DNA of 40,900 nucleotides from a virus. Under the pieces are notes generated by a model. It was not told the DNA's origin, did no database searches, and was given only the letters and a program-made list of their open reading frames with translations. The stretch lies in the UHGV virus genome UHGV-0205053; one strand, given 5' to 3'. Numbering within the stretch: position 1 is the stretch's first letter; the number at the start of each line of letters is the position of its first letter. Shown here one piece after another: positions 1 to 7,406 of this stretch. The translations under genes and the position numbers were made by a program.

Positions 1-12
1 ATCAAGGGATAT

Positions 13-492
13 ATGATGAAAAAATTCTTGCTAGCCGGTTTAGTCGTCATGCTTACTGGTTGTGCAGCAACAAAGAATGTTGATGTCGTTGCAACTGAAA
101 AGGCTCAGGGGGATCGAATTGTTGCCTTAAATTCTGCCAGGTCACCATGGGTTTACGAGATTGAAAAACGGTTAAAACAGAAAGGCTTTACCGTGCTTCG
201 AAGTGCAAGCCAACAAGTGACGGTAGAAAAACAATCCAATAGCACTACCGGTATTTATAACGAAGCTACTGCGCGTTATGTTCTGAACTTGAATGGTTTC
301 GCTCCAAATAACGCAATGACTCGTTGCTATGGTGGCGGGTATAATTTTGACTACATTGATGCTGAGCTAATTGACGTGAAAAAGAACCAGACAATGTTCC
401 ACTATTCTAACTCTGGTTACTCTGAAAATTGCCCGCCATTGTCAGGAACAATTTTCACTGATATCACCAATCTTGTTGCAGACTCCTGGTGA
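13..492 (+). CDS. Lipoprotein (signal peptide + lipobox LTGC); function unknown, possible superinfection-exclusion or receptor-masking moron
   Basis: N-terminus MMKKFLLAGLVVMLTGC reads as a classic lipoprotein signal with lipobox. It sits immediately after the last ejection-protein gene if the genome is circularised. I recognise no family. Confidence 0.55.
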   Translation: MMKKFLLAGLVVMLTGCAATKNVDVVATEKAQGDRIVALNSARSPWVYEIEKRLKQKGFTVLRSASQQVTVEKQSNSTTGIYNEATARYVLNLNGFAPNNAMTRCYGGGYNFDYIDAELIDVKKNQTMFHYSNSGYSENCPPLSGTIFTDITNLVADSW

Positions 493-531
493 TTTTCATG
501 TGACATGTCACAAAGGCCGCAGAGCGCCCAC

Positions 532-558
532 AAAAAAGCCCGCGACGCGGGCTTAAAT
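532..558. terminator. Bidirectional hairpin terminator (GCCCGCG-A-CGCGGGC) with an A-run on one side and a T-run on the other
   Basis: Sequence is aaaaaaGCCCGCGaCGCGGGCttaaat. On the minus strand the hairpin is followed by TTTTTT, so it terminates the 553..909 gene. It also lies downstream of the plus-strand lipoprotein gene. Confidence 0.55.
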
Positions 559-909
559 GTTGACTTTCTTTGGCGCTATTGCGGCTATTGATATCATGAA
601 TCCAGTCAGCATAGCCAGTATCAGAGGTATGATGAACGCATCCGATGTTCTAAGAGGGTTCTTCATGTCACATAGCATAACGAGGAAAAAACCACTCGTT
701 GCGAATGTAGTTGATGAATACACCTCGTTCAGTTTGTACTGAAGGTTAACAACGGAAAAGTTACCAGTCTCTTTTGAGAAAAAATCCCATATCAGGTGGA
801 TTACTATATACACAAGGCACAGGATACAATAAAAGATCGCCAGTTCCTGTGCCGTTTGTGGATTGTACCAATGTGATACTTGAGCGATCTCAGGCTGCAC
901 TGCCAGCAC
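553..909 (-). CDS. Small multi-pass membrane protein (3-4 TM helices); candidate immunity or partner protein for the upstream peptide
   Basis: Three to four strongly hydrophobic helices (FYCILCLVYIVIHLIW, FFLVMLCDM, IIPLILAMLTGFMISIAAIA). GTG start overlaps the 3' end of the 890..1090 ORF by 20 nt, suggesting translational coupling. Region is low-GC. Confidence 0.4.
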   Translation of the reverse strand: MLAVQPEIAQVSHWYNPQTAQELAIFYCILCLVYIVIHLIWDFFSKETGNFSVVNLQYKLNEVYSSTTFATSGFFLVMLCDMKNPLRTSDAFIIPLILAMLTGFMISIAAIAPKKVNI

Positions 910-1090
910 TCATTTTTTTAAAAATGTAGGTTCCTGCCATAGCAAGGCCACCGGTAATAGCGAAAAGATAGGCCACACCAGTAGTAACTGTGAACGCAGG
1001 AATGATCATAGACAGGCCGCCAGATAGAGCAAAACCGCTGCCTGCCCCACCAATAATGGCTTTCATTAAAGTTATGATGTTCAGTTCCAT
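890..1090 (-). CDS. 66-aa glycine-zipper hydrophobic peptide (GxxxG-rich, two predicted TM segments); bacteriocin-like or membrane-toxin-like
   Basis: Strong SD (GAGGAGAG) 5 nt upstream of the ATG. A sigma70-like promoter (TTGGCT-17-TAATAT) lies upstream. Sequence AIIGGAGSGFALSGG...ITGGLAMAG shows a Gly-zipper pattern. A possible short GG-ending leader (MELNIITLMKAIIGG) is speculative. Confidence 0.5.
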   Translation of the reverse strand: MELNIITLMKAIIGGAGSGFALSGGLSMIIPAFTVTTGVAYLFAITGGLAMAGTYIFKKMSAGSAA

Positions 1091-1115
1091 AATCTCTCCT
1101 CAGTAAACATCGCGT

Positions 1116-1130
1116 TTACCCATGGGGTAA
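1116..1130. promoter_or_regulatory. TTACC-CATGG-GGTAA palindromic operator overlapping the TSS of the Gly-zipper peptide promoter
   Basis: Perfect 5-5-5 inverted repeat. The same motif recurs at 10 or more sites in the window. It lies directly downstream of the TAATAT -10 element on the minus strand. Confidence 0.45.
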
Positions 1131-1285
1131 TATTACATCACTGATACGTGATAGCCAATTATTTTATAGCCGCATTGCCCTTTAAACAAAGGCACTTCCT
1201 TGTGCCAGCAGCCTCAGAACGCAGCTGTGTTTTTGGTGATGTACTGCGCGTGGGGCAGGTGTCGGCATAGAGCGTGATGCGCTTT

Positions 1286-1525
1286 TCACTTCCGCATTTT
1301 GAGGAGAATGAATACCACAATTAAAGAAAAAACTAGAAGTGGAATGCCATAACCACCTGATGGTGAAAATAACATATCTATATGCGAAGTATTGCTAACC
1401 ACAATTTCTGGAGGTGGGGTTTTACCTTTTGGTGGTGGGACATCAAACCCTGTTGGTTCTGGCAGGACGTTGCCAGAAGGAACATAACCGTTTTTGTATT
1501 CATCAGGTGTTGAGAAAACGGGCAT
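1286..1525 (-). CDS. 79-aa protein: N-terminal 32 aa homologous to the N-terminus of the 963-aa ejection protein (37982..40873), fused to a C-terminal TM anchor
   Basis: MPVFSTPDEYKNGYVPSGNVLPEPTGFDVPPP aligns with MPVYSSPEELSNGFTPAGNVLPEQTGFDVPLP. Good SD (AAGGAA) 8 nt upstream. C-terminus GYGIPLLVFSLIVVFILLKMRK is a TM helix with a positive tail. DNA identity is about 70 percent, so this is not a recent duplication. Confidence 0.5.
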   Translation of the reverse strand: MPVFSTPDEYKNGYVPSGNVLPEPTGFDVPPPKGKTPPPEIVVSNTSHIDMLFSPSGGYGIPLLVFSLIVVFILLKMRK

Positions 1526-1542
1526 GAATTATTCCTTGCAAA

Positions 1543-1896
1543 TCATATGGTTTTGTCGACCTTTTCATGTAATTTCACCAGCTCTGATCTTAAGAGCACC
1601 AATGGTGTCATTGCATCGACTATCGCGATAGTCAGTTTATCAAATTCTCTCTGCCACTCTTCACTTTTGCCATCTTCAGGGAGTGATTTCGCCAGCGCCC
1701 GATAACGCTCTACCAGTTCTTTGTGACTGCCAATGGCTACGGCTGGGGCACCAGAAAGCGCATCCTCAATCATTTGCACGATCTCTGAGTTCATGGAACG
1801 TCCGTTGCTTTTGGCTCGTTCAGCAACCGCATCACGCATCCCATCAGGGAATCTGAGGTTGAACTTATCCTGCATCTGGCTTGGGTATTTGCTCAT
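1543..1896 (-). CDS. mnt: Mnt/Arc-family ribbon-helix-helix repressor (Mnt-like, 117 aa)
   Basis: FNLRFPDGMRDAVAERAKSNGRSMNSEIVQMIEDAL matches the Arc/Mnt RHH signature (compare P22 Arc FNLRWPREVLDLVRKVAEENGRSVNSEIYQRV). Divergent from the arc-ant operon. SD AGGTGA. Confidence 0.7.
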   Translation of the reverse strand: MSKYPSQMQDKFNLRFPDGMRDAVAERAKSNGRSMNSEIVQMIEDALSGAPAVAIGSHKELVERYRALAKSLPEDGKSEEWQREFDKLTIAIVDAMTPLVLLRSELVKLHEKVDKTI

Positions 1897-1930
1897 AAGT
1901 CACCTGGAAAAATTATTCAAAATTATTATG

Positions 1931-1990
1931 GGGCCAAGTTGACATATTGCGCAATGGTGTTAAATTAATATCAGGTGTCAAGTTGGCCCC
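1931..1990. promoter_or_regulatory. Divergent Pmnt/Pant promoter-operator region flanked by a near-perfect 15-bp inverted repeat
   Basis: GGGGCCAAGTTGACA ... TGTCAAGTTGGCCCC (14/15 inverted). A TTGACA -35 hexamer faces each direction. Contains the 14-mer AAATTAATATCAGG that is repeated before cro. Confidence 0.5.
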
Positions 1991-2002
1991 AAGGAGGCTG
2001 AA

Positions 2003-2176
2003 ATGCAAAAATCACTTTGTACCGAACGTAAGAACATCAAATTAAACCTTAGGCTTCCAGAGAGGCTGGACCAAGAAATACGTCGCATGGCTGAAATGGA
2101 CTGCATTTCAATAAACTCTGCGATTGTGAGATTGCTAGCGAAGGGGGTGAGAGAGGAAAGGCTAAATGTGCAGTAA
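2003..2176 (+). CDS. arc: Arc-like ribbon-helix-helix repressor (57 aa); not in the ORF track because it is under 60 aa
   Basis: Strong SD AAGGAGG. KLNLRLPERLDQEIRRMAEMDCISINSAIVRLLAKG matches the Arc RHH signature. Sits between mnt and ant as in P22 immI. Confidence 0.7.
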   Translation: MQKSLCTERKNIKLNLRLPERLDQEIRRMAEMDCISINSAIVRLLAKGVREERLNVQ

Positions 2177-2246
2177 AAACAGTGAAGCCCAACGGTGTCC
2201 AGACCGTCAGGCTTCTAATTTGTCAGCAACTATCAGGTAAACCGAC

Positions 2247-3197
2247 ATGAATACTTTAGCACTGAAGCAAAATCATTGCACCATCAGCGTACCATTCCAC
2301 GGCACTGATCTGTTTGTGGTTAACCACAACGGCGAGCCATACACCCCTATGAAGCCGATTGTTGAAGGCATGGGTATGGACTGGGCTTCACAGTTTACGA
2401 AGATGAAGAAGCGTTTTAAATCAACCATTGTGGAAATCACAATGGTTGCCAGTGATGGTAAGTCTCGCTCGATGATCTGCCTTGCACTTCGCAAGTTGGC
2501 CGGCTGGCTCAATACCATCAGCCCAAACAAGGTTAAACCAGAAATCCGTGACCGCGTGATCCAGTATCAGGAAGAATGTGACGATGTGCTCTATGAATAC
2601 TGGACGAAAGGCCAAGTGGTTAACCCGCGCAAGGCTGCGAAGACTCAGCCTGGTAAAATCACCGCTGACCAGCAGTACGCCATTAAAGAAATGGTCATGT
2701 CTCGTGGACAGGCTCTTCCTAAGGATAAACAGGCTAAGGCCATTATCACAATGTGGTCTGCGTTAAAATCGCACTTTGGTGTTTCCTACAAAGATATCGA
2801 TGCCGGGCAGTTCAATGAAGCTGTGTCGCTCGTTGCCAGGATCCCCCTCGAAGGCGAATTAATCACCGCAAGAGAGATCTTCCTTGCTGAGGAAAAATTG
2901 AGTGCCGAAGTAGTGGAAGCTATCCGTGGGGTGGTAAAAAATAATACGAAGCGATATGAGGCATCTTTGAAGCCAGGCTACCGCGAGCACATCCATTCAC
3001 CTGAGGGCGTCCTTGGCTTGACGGAGCATTCACTGCTGATGAATCTCCTTCGTCAAATGGAAGATGATGGGCATGACGTCTCCGGGGCAGCAGCTGAGTT
3101 GACAACTATTTTCTGCTATGTGACAGGGGTTAGGCGCTGCATCAGCGACATTACTACCAACGCGCAGTATATTCTTAAGCAGGTGAAAGATTTTTAG
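2247..3197 (+). CDS. ant: Antirepressor Ant (AntA-like N-terminal domain plus C-terminal domain)
   Basis: N-terminus VPFHGTDLFVVNHNGEPYTPMKPIVEGMGMDW is typical of phage antirepressor N-terminal domains. Positioned after arc as in P22 immI. Confidence 0.7.
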   Translation: MNTLALKQNHCTISVPFHGTDLFVVNHNGEPYTPMKPIVEGMGMDWASQFTKMKKRFKSTIVEITMVASDGKSRSMICLALRKLAGWLNTISPNKVKPEIRDRVIQYQEECDDVLYEYWTKGQVVNPRKAAKTQPGKITADQQYAIKEMVMSRGQALPKDKQAKAIITMWSALKSHFGVSYKDIDAGQFNEAVSLVARIPLEGELITAREIFLAEEKLSAEVVEAIRGVVKNNTKRYEASLKPGYREHIHSPEGVLGLTEHSLLMNLLRQMEDDGHDVSGAAAELTTIFCYVTGVRRCISDITTNAQYILKQVKDF

Positions 3198-3199
3198 CA

Positions 3200-3640
3200 A
3201 TGGAAGGGCCGAGCATTCGGCCCATTCTTGAGGATCAGAACGTGAATAACCAGATTAAAGACCTTTGCTTCAAAGATAACGAATCAGCATTTGAATACGC
3301 GTGTAAGTATTGCACAACTGACATTGCAGAAAGACAAGGGCTTCTGGCGCTTGTTATTACGGATCAGGAACCAGATGGCGATGGTAACGCCTTATATGCA
3401 GTAAGGGTTTCATCCAATGACGGTGGATTTGTCGTTCCGGCTATTTTTATGGCAGCACAAGCTGATTTAGGCGCCTTAGTAAAAGGAGACCTTGTTATCT
3501 GGGTGCCATCACAGTATTCGGACGAAATGGCAAAAACGTTAGGCGATCCGAGAAAGGGATGGATGGGGTATTTATCAGCGAAAGTTGAACCAAAACTAAC
3601 TAAGTCAGATGGATGGGGAATTCAGGTCCGCTACATCTAG
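3200..3640 (+). CDS. Hypothetical protein co-transcribed with ant
   Basis: ATG lies 3 nt after the ant stop codon. No family recognised. Confidence 0.45.
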   Translation: MEGPSIRPILEDQNVNNQIKDLCFKDNESAFEYACKYCTTDIAERQGLLALVITDQEPDGDGNALYAVRVSSNDGGFVVPAIFMAAQADLGALVKGDLVIWVPSQYSDEMAKTLGDPRKGWMGYLSAKVEPKLTKSDGWGIQVRYI

Positions 3641-3647
3641 TATACTA

Positions 3648-3672
3648 GGCCGCTCATGCGGCCTTTTCTTTT
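3648..3672 (+). terminator. Rho-independent terminator (GGCCGCtcatGCGGCC plus TTTTCTTTT)
   Basis: GC hairpin followed by a T-run at the end of the arc-ant operon. Confidence 0.55.
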
Positions 3673-3931
3673 ATGTTGTTTCCTGCCTCAGCTTTTCCAC
3701 GCAGTAATCGAGATGCATCTGCAGATCCTTCATGGACATCTGCGAGCTGGTGACATAGTTCACCAGGGCAGTCAGCTCTGCCATCGGGCCATCAACATTA
3801 AAGCCATCCTCACCCAACTGGCGCAGCAACGTCATCAGGTGTGAATCTTCAACAAGGGAGCGGACGCCTCCCGGCGTGTGTATGCGTTCGGCAAAGCCTT
3901 TTTCCAGCGGGTGATGATACTGACGTTGCAT
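3671..3931 (-). CDS. Small stand-alone paralog of the Ant C-terminal domain, preceded by a LexA box; candidate SOS-induced antirepressor or modulator
   Basis: ERIHTPGGVRSLVEDSHLMTLLRQLGEDGFNVDGPMAELTAL aligns with the Ant C-terminus EHIHSPEGVLGLTEHSLLMNLLRQMEDDGHDVSGAAAELTTI. SD GGAGAAT precedes the ATG at 3931. The ORF track starts at 3949. Confidence 0.5.
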   Translation of the reverse strand: MQRQYHHPLEKGFAERIHTPGGVRSLVEDSHLMTLLRQLGEDGFNVDGPMAELTALVNYVTSSQMSMKDLQMHLDYCVEKLRQETT

Positions 3932-3950
3932 CTGATATTCTCCATGCATT

Positions 3951-3970
3951 CACTGTATGTATGTACAGTA
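3951..3970. promoter_or_regulatory. LexA (SOS) box cACTGTATGTATGTACAGTA
   Basis: CTGT-N8-ACAG with an AT-rich 8-nt spacer, a near-perfect fit to the E. coli LexA consensus TACTGTATATATATACAGTA. It lies about 20 nt upstream of the 3671..3931 gene. Confidence 0.6.
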
Positions 3971-4007
3971 GCAAAAGTCCTAATGACTATCCAGCACGAA
4001 TTGCTAT

Positions 4008-4022
4008 TTACCTAAAAGGTAA
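4008..4022. promoter_or_regulatory. TTACC-TAAAA-GGTAA palindromic operator between the LexA-regulated gene and the tailspike
   Basis: Perfect 5-5-5 inverted repeat of the recurring motif. Confidence 0.4.
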
Positions 4023-4126
4023 TAACTTCTGTGATTGTTATTCATTCAATTCATATAAGGTTTGCCAGGTAATAAACTGTCCAGATGATGCACGCGCGCC
4101 GGGCGCTGCTTTACAGGAGACAGGCC

Positions 4127-6553
4127 ATGACGGTATCAACCGTAGTTGACCATAACGATTACACCGGGAACGGCGTTACGACATCCTTCCCGTACACCTT
4201 TCGCATATTCAAGAAAACAGATCTGACCGTATCGGTTGTCGACCTGAGTGAAAACATCACGGTGCTGGTTCTGGACACTGACTACACGGTGACGAATGCC
4301 GGAGGCTATAACGGCGGCAGCGTGGTGCTCACCGCCCCGCTGACGAACGGCTGGCAGATCTCCATTGCACGTGAACTGGAGCCAACGCAGGAAACAGACC
4401 TGCGCAACCAGGGCAAGTTCTTCGCCGAGGTTCATGAAGACGCATTCGATAAACTGACGATGCTCATCCAGCAGGCATACAGCGTATTCCGTCTGGCGCT
4501 GCGGAAGCCATCGAGCATAGCGAACTGGTACGACGCACTGAACAACTACATCCGTAATCTGCGCGACCCTCGCGACCCCCAGGATGCAGCTACCAAGAAT
4601 TATGTTGATACGCTGGCGAGCGGGAACTTTAACCGCACTCTGCGAACCCCTGAAAACATCCCATCACTCCCAGGTGCTGCAACCAGGGCGAACAAAATCG
4701 TTGCCTTCGATAACTCCGGGAATCCAATTGTAACGTTACCTCCATCTGGCTCTGCATCAGACGTTCTTATTGAACTGGCAAAACCTACTGGCTCTACTTT
4801 GATCGGCGGCTCTGTTTATGTGGTCGATTCATTTTCAGCTGCCCTTGCTGCGAATGCAGGACAGTCAAAGTACATCATGACGCGTGGGCACCATGTTATC
4901 GGCATTGGGGCAGCGACTTATTTTAGTGATGGTACAACTGGCGCTCCATCAACTGGCAATGAGCTTAAATTTTTCGATGTGACCGGAAAGGGATGGTATC
5001 TTCGTCACGATGGCCGCATTGATTGTCGTCAATTCGGCGTTGTGGCGGATGGAAGCGATGAAACTACGAAGTTGCAATTATGGTTGGATTGCTGCGCTGC
5101 GGCGAAGGCAGAGGCATATATCCCTGCGGGGTTGCGACCAGCTGCAATCGGCATCGTTATAAACTCTACACACAACGGACTGCAATTTAAGTTCGATGGT
5201 TTCCTTAAGTTTTTTGGCAGCGGAAACACACCCATAAACAAACCGGCACATATCAACACTGGTGCCTGCTTCTGCCTTTATCTTGATGGTGTGTTTGATA
5301 TTTCTGGTGTTATTCGCATGGACGGCAACCGGGCGGACAAACTCAACCTGGAACAGGTTCATTGCATTGGTTTGTTTGGAGGCGGAAATCATAACGTAAG
5401 TTATGAGTTTAAAGAATGTCAGGGTGATGGTTTATATATTAGTCAGTTAAATGGAAATGCAAATTCTGCAATAGCTGAAAATATTATCATACCGTCTTTC
5501 AGATCATTTAACTCTGATTACTTTGGCAGAAATGCGCTGTCAGTTATCTCTGTTAATGGTTTAAAAATTGGCACTTTCGTATCCATCAAGCATGGCGGAC
5601 TTATCAATGCCGTTACTCAGCCCTGCGCTCTTGATATAGAACCTAATTACGGGTATCAAACGTGCAATAACATACAGATTGATAGCTACTACGCAAAATC
5701 CTGCGGTACAGGCTTCACTATTTTCGGCAAGGTGAACAATGGGAATTACAACGTTCGCAATGTATCCATCTCTAAGATGGAAATCGAAATGGAATATGTA
5801 GCCGCTAACAATAACAAAATCCGTGGGGCGATGCTGATGGGAGTTGATGGCTTGTATATCGGAAGCGCACAGGTTCGCTGCCTGTCAAACTATACCGAAA
5901 ACATCCCAGTCGGCGTCCAAATTGACTCATGCTATAACGCAGATATAAATTTCTCCACTGAGAGATTCTATCAAGGTGCTGCGGTTGGAGTTTACGGCTG
6001 GAGTGAAGTTGGTGGTGTTGCGAAAGTAGTCAATGCAAAAATATCTGTAACCCCAAGAATATTTCAACGCGGAGCCACTATCGGTGATGTTAACGGGTTA
6101 GATTTTACTCTTAGAGGGTTTACTCCAACGGCGATGTCATCTGGTAGCGATGTGGGACTTGTCCAAACAATTCAGGCAGGTGCTGTTGGTTCGTCAACAG
6201 CAGTAAAATCAGCTCGTCTATCGGTGTCAAGTGGTCCTGGTGCTGCTATTACATGGGGAATTTTCTGCTCAAATACCAATATTGAGAGGGATTCCTGTGT
6301 TATACAGGATTCAGACTTATCTGTTATCGCGCACAATGGTACGACAGCCAATAGACTGATCTCCACGGCAAACTTCCAAAAGAGGAACATAGCCGGTGTC
6401 ACGCCGAAGGGTGGGGCTGACACCATCACAGGCACTAATATCTGGGGTGTTGGGGATGTGGTCAACGACCCAACATCTCCAGCGGCAGGTGGTTACATAG
6501 GTAAAGTGTATACATCTGCCGGGTGGAAATCATATGGTGCTATAGCCAGCTAA
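4127..6553 (+). CDS. Tailspike or tail fiber: T7 gp17-like N-terminal particle-binding domain plus C-terminal parallel beta-helix (pectate-lyase-like depolymerase)
   Basis: The N-terminus (YTGNGVTTSFPYTFRIFKKTDLTVSVVD...EDAFDKLTMLIQQ) follows the T7 gp17 N-terminal pattern. The repetitive beta-helix sequence is typical of O-antigen or capsule depolymerases. SD AGGAGA precedes the ATG at 4127. The ORF track starts at 4085. Confidence 0.8.
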   Translation: MTVSTVVDHNDYTGNGVTTSFPYTFRIFKKTDLTVSVVDLSENITVLVLDTDYTVTNAGGYNGGSVVLTAPLTNGWQISIARELEPTQETDLRNQGKFFAEVHEDAFDKLTMLIQQAYSVFRLALRKPSSIANWYDALNNYIRNLRDPRDPQDAATKNYVDTLASGNFNRTLRTPENIPSLPGAATRANKIVAFDNSGNPIVTLPPSGSASDVLIELAKPTGSTLIGGSVYVVDSFSAALAANAGQSKYIMTRGHHVIGIGAATYFSDGTTGAPSTGNELKFFDVTGKGWYLRHDGRIDCRQFGVVADGSDETTKLQLWLDCCAAAKAEAYIPAGLRPAAIGIVINSTHNGLQFKFDGFLKFFGSGNTPINKPAHINTGACFCLYLDGVFDISGVIRMDGNRADKLNLEQVHCIGLFGGGNHNVSYEFKECQGDGLYISQLNGNANSAIAENIIIPSFRSFNSDYFGRNALSVISVNGLKIGTFVSIKHGGLINAVTQPCALDIEPNYGYQTCNNIQIDSYYAKSCGTGFTIFGKVNNGNYNVRNVSISKMEIEMEYVAANNNKIRGAMLMGVDGLYIGSAQVRCLSNYTENIPVGVQIDSCYNADINFSTERFYQGAAVGVYGWSEVGGVAKVVNAKISVTPRIFQRGATIGDVNGLDFTLRGFTPTAMSSGSDVGLVQTIQAGAVGSSTAVKSARLSVSSGPGAAITWGIFCSNTNIERDSCVIQDSDLSVIAHNGTTANRLISTANFQKRNIAGVTPKGGADTITGTNIWGVGDVVNDPTSPAAGGYIGKVYTSAGWKSYGAIAS

Positions 6554-6558
6554 ACATT

Positions 6559-6587
6559 GAGGGTGGAGATCCACCCTCACTTATATC
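6559..6587 (+). terminator. Hairpin GAGGGTGGagatCCACCCTC followed by a U-rich tract
   Basis: Perfect 8-bp GC-rich stem immediately after the tailspike stop codon. Confidence 0.5.
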
Positions 6588-6599
6588 ATGCTAGTTTTT

Positions 6600-7040
6600 T
6601 TAAAAAATTAGGATGAATGGAAACAGCAAATAGGCAATAACTTCCGTTGATAAAGACCACGCCGACTCAATAATTCCATTACCTGTTACAGATTGAGCAA
6701 AGATAATATTGCAAACGTAGGTGTAAAAAGAGCGAGCCTGATCAGTCTTGCTTGTGAAAAATATGAAAACTATGCTTACTGCAAAGAAGTAAAGAGGGTA
6801 AATCCTGGTGAATCTATTATATAAAAACTTCATATAGTTATTTTCACCCACCTTGCTGATGAATTTTTCTTTGTAGACGTAGCACATTATAAATCCACTT
6901 AGAACAAAGAATAGATCAACAGCTAAGTATCCATTTCTTATAAAATCTGAACTCCACCCCATTGGATTAATGTGGTAAAACATAACATATATGGCAAATA
7001 TGCCCCTAATTCCTGTTAAAGCTTTAATTTCTTTATTCAT
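6600..7040 (-). pseudogene. 3'-truncated acyltransferase-3 family (OafA/Oac-like O-antigen acetyltransferase) remnant in an AT-rich island
   Basis: N-terminal motifs LTGIRGIFAIYVMFYH and DLFFVLSGF are the acyltransferase-3 signature. Only 146 aa are present against a full length above 300 aa. The ORF ends at the tailspike terminator. Region is low-GC. Confidence 0.55.
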
Positions 7041-7391
7041 GTTTCAAACCCAAAGCCTAACGCTTGTGAAATAAAAATAGTATTGTAGCGTATTTTTTGA
7101 TTTGGCATGGATATGCCATGCAAAAAACAATCTCATGTTTGCATTTCTTTTTCAAAATATTTCCCTAAGGAACCAGTAGAAAGGATTTCTGGCACTCTCC
7201 ATGAGCGAAGCTGAGGTGAGAGAGGAAAAGATGAGCAAGAAGTATTGTTAAAGATCCTTTTAAAATGGATAGCGCACAAGCATACACCAAGTACACCCCA
7301 ATGAATGATCGTGTTTGTGACATCTATCGATGTGGACCTGAAGAATAACTTAAGCACTTTTTCATCCGTAAAATTCAAAGCCTCACTTTAT

Positions 7392-7406
7392 CACCTTTAA
7401 GGTAAT
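7392..7406. promoter_or_regulatory. Variant operator tCACCT-TTA-AGGTAA upstream of the lysis cassette
   Basis: Inverted repeat ACCT-TTA-AGGT with a 3-nt spacer, related to the extended form TTTACCT-CAC-AGGTAAA. Confidence 0.25.

Noticed and set aside
499-512. TGTGACATGTCACA as a CRP site.
   Set aside because: The CRP consensus is TGTGA-N6-TCACA, whereas this has a 4-nt spacer. I kept it as an unexplained recurring palindrome instead.
890-1090. Calling the 66-aa peptide a bona fide double-glycine-leader bacteriocin.
   Set aside because: The putative leader (MELNIITLMKAIIGG) lacks the usual acidic and Leu positions. No C39-peptidase ABC exporter is in the window. I kept it only as a possibility within the broader Gly-zipper membrane-peptide call.
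4136-6465. Several minus-strand ORFs inside the tailspike gene.
   Set aside because: They are embedded in a clearly coding 822-aa gene with recognisable domains, with no RBS or family signal.
7103-7118. TGGCATGGATATGCCA hairpin as a terminator.
   Set aside because: It is flanked by a T-run upstream and an A-run downstream on the plus strand, so neither strand has hairpin followed by U-tract geometry. More likely it is a protein-binding palindrome or a leftover of the truncated Oac cassette.
7133-7378. 81-aa minus-strand ORF upstream of the acyltransferase fragment.
   Set aside because: It has no clear RBS, lies in AT-rich intergenic-like sequence, and has no recognisable domain. It is probably promoter or leader DNA of the decayed Oac cassette.
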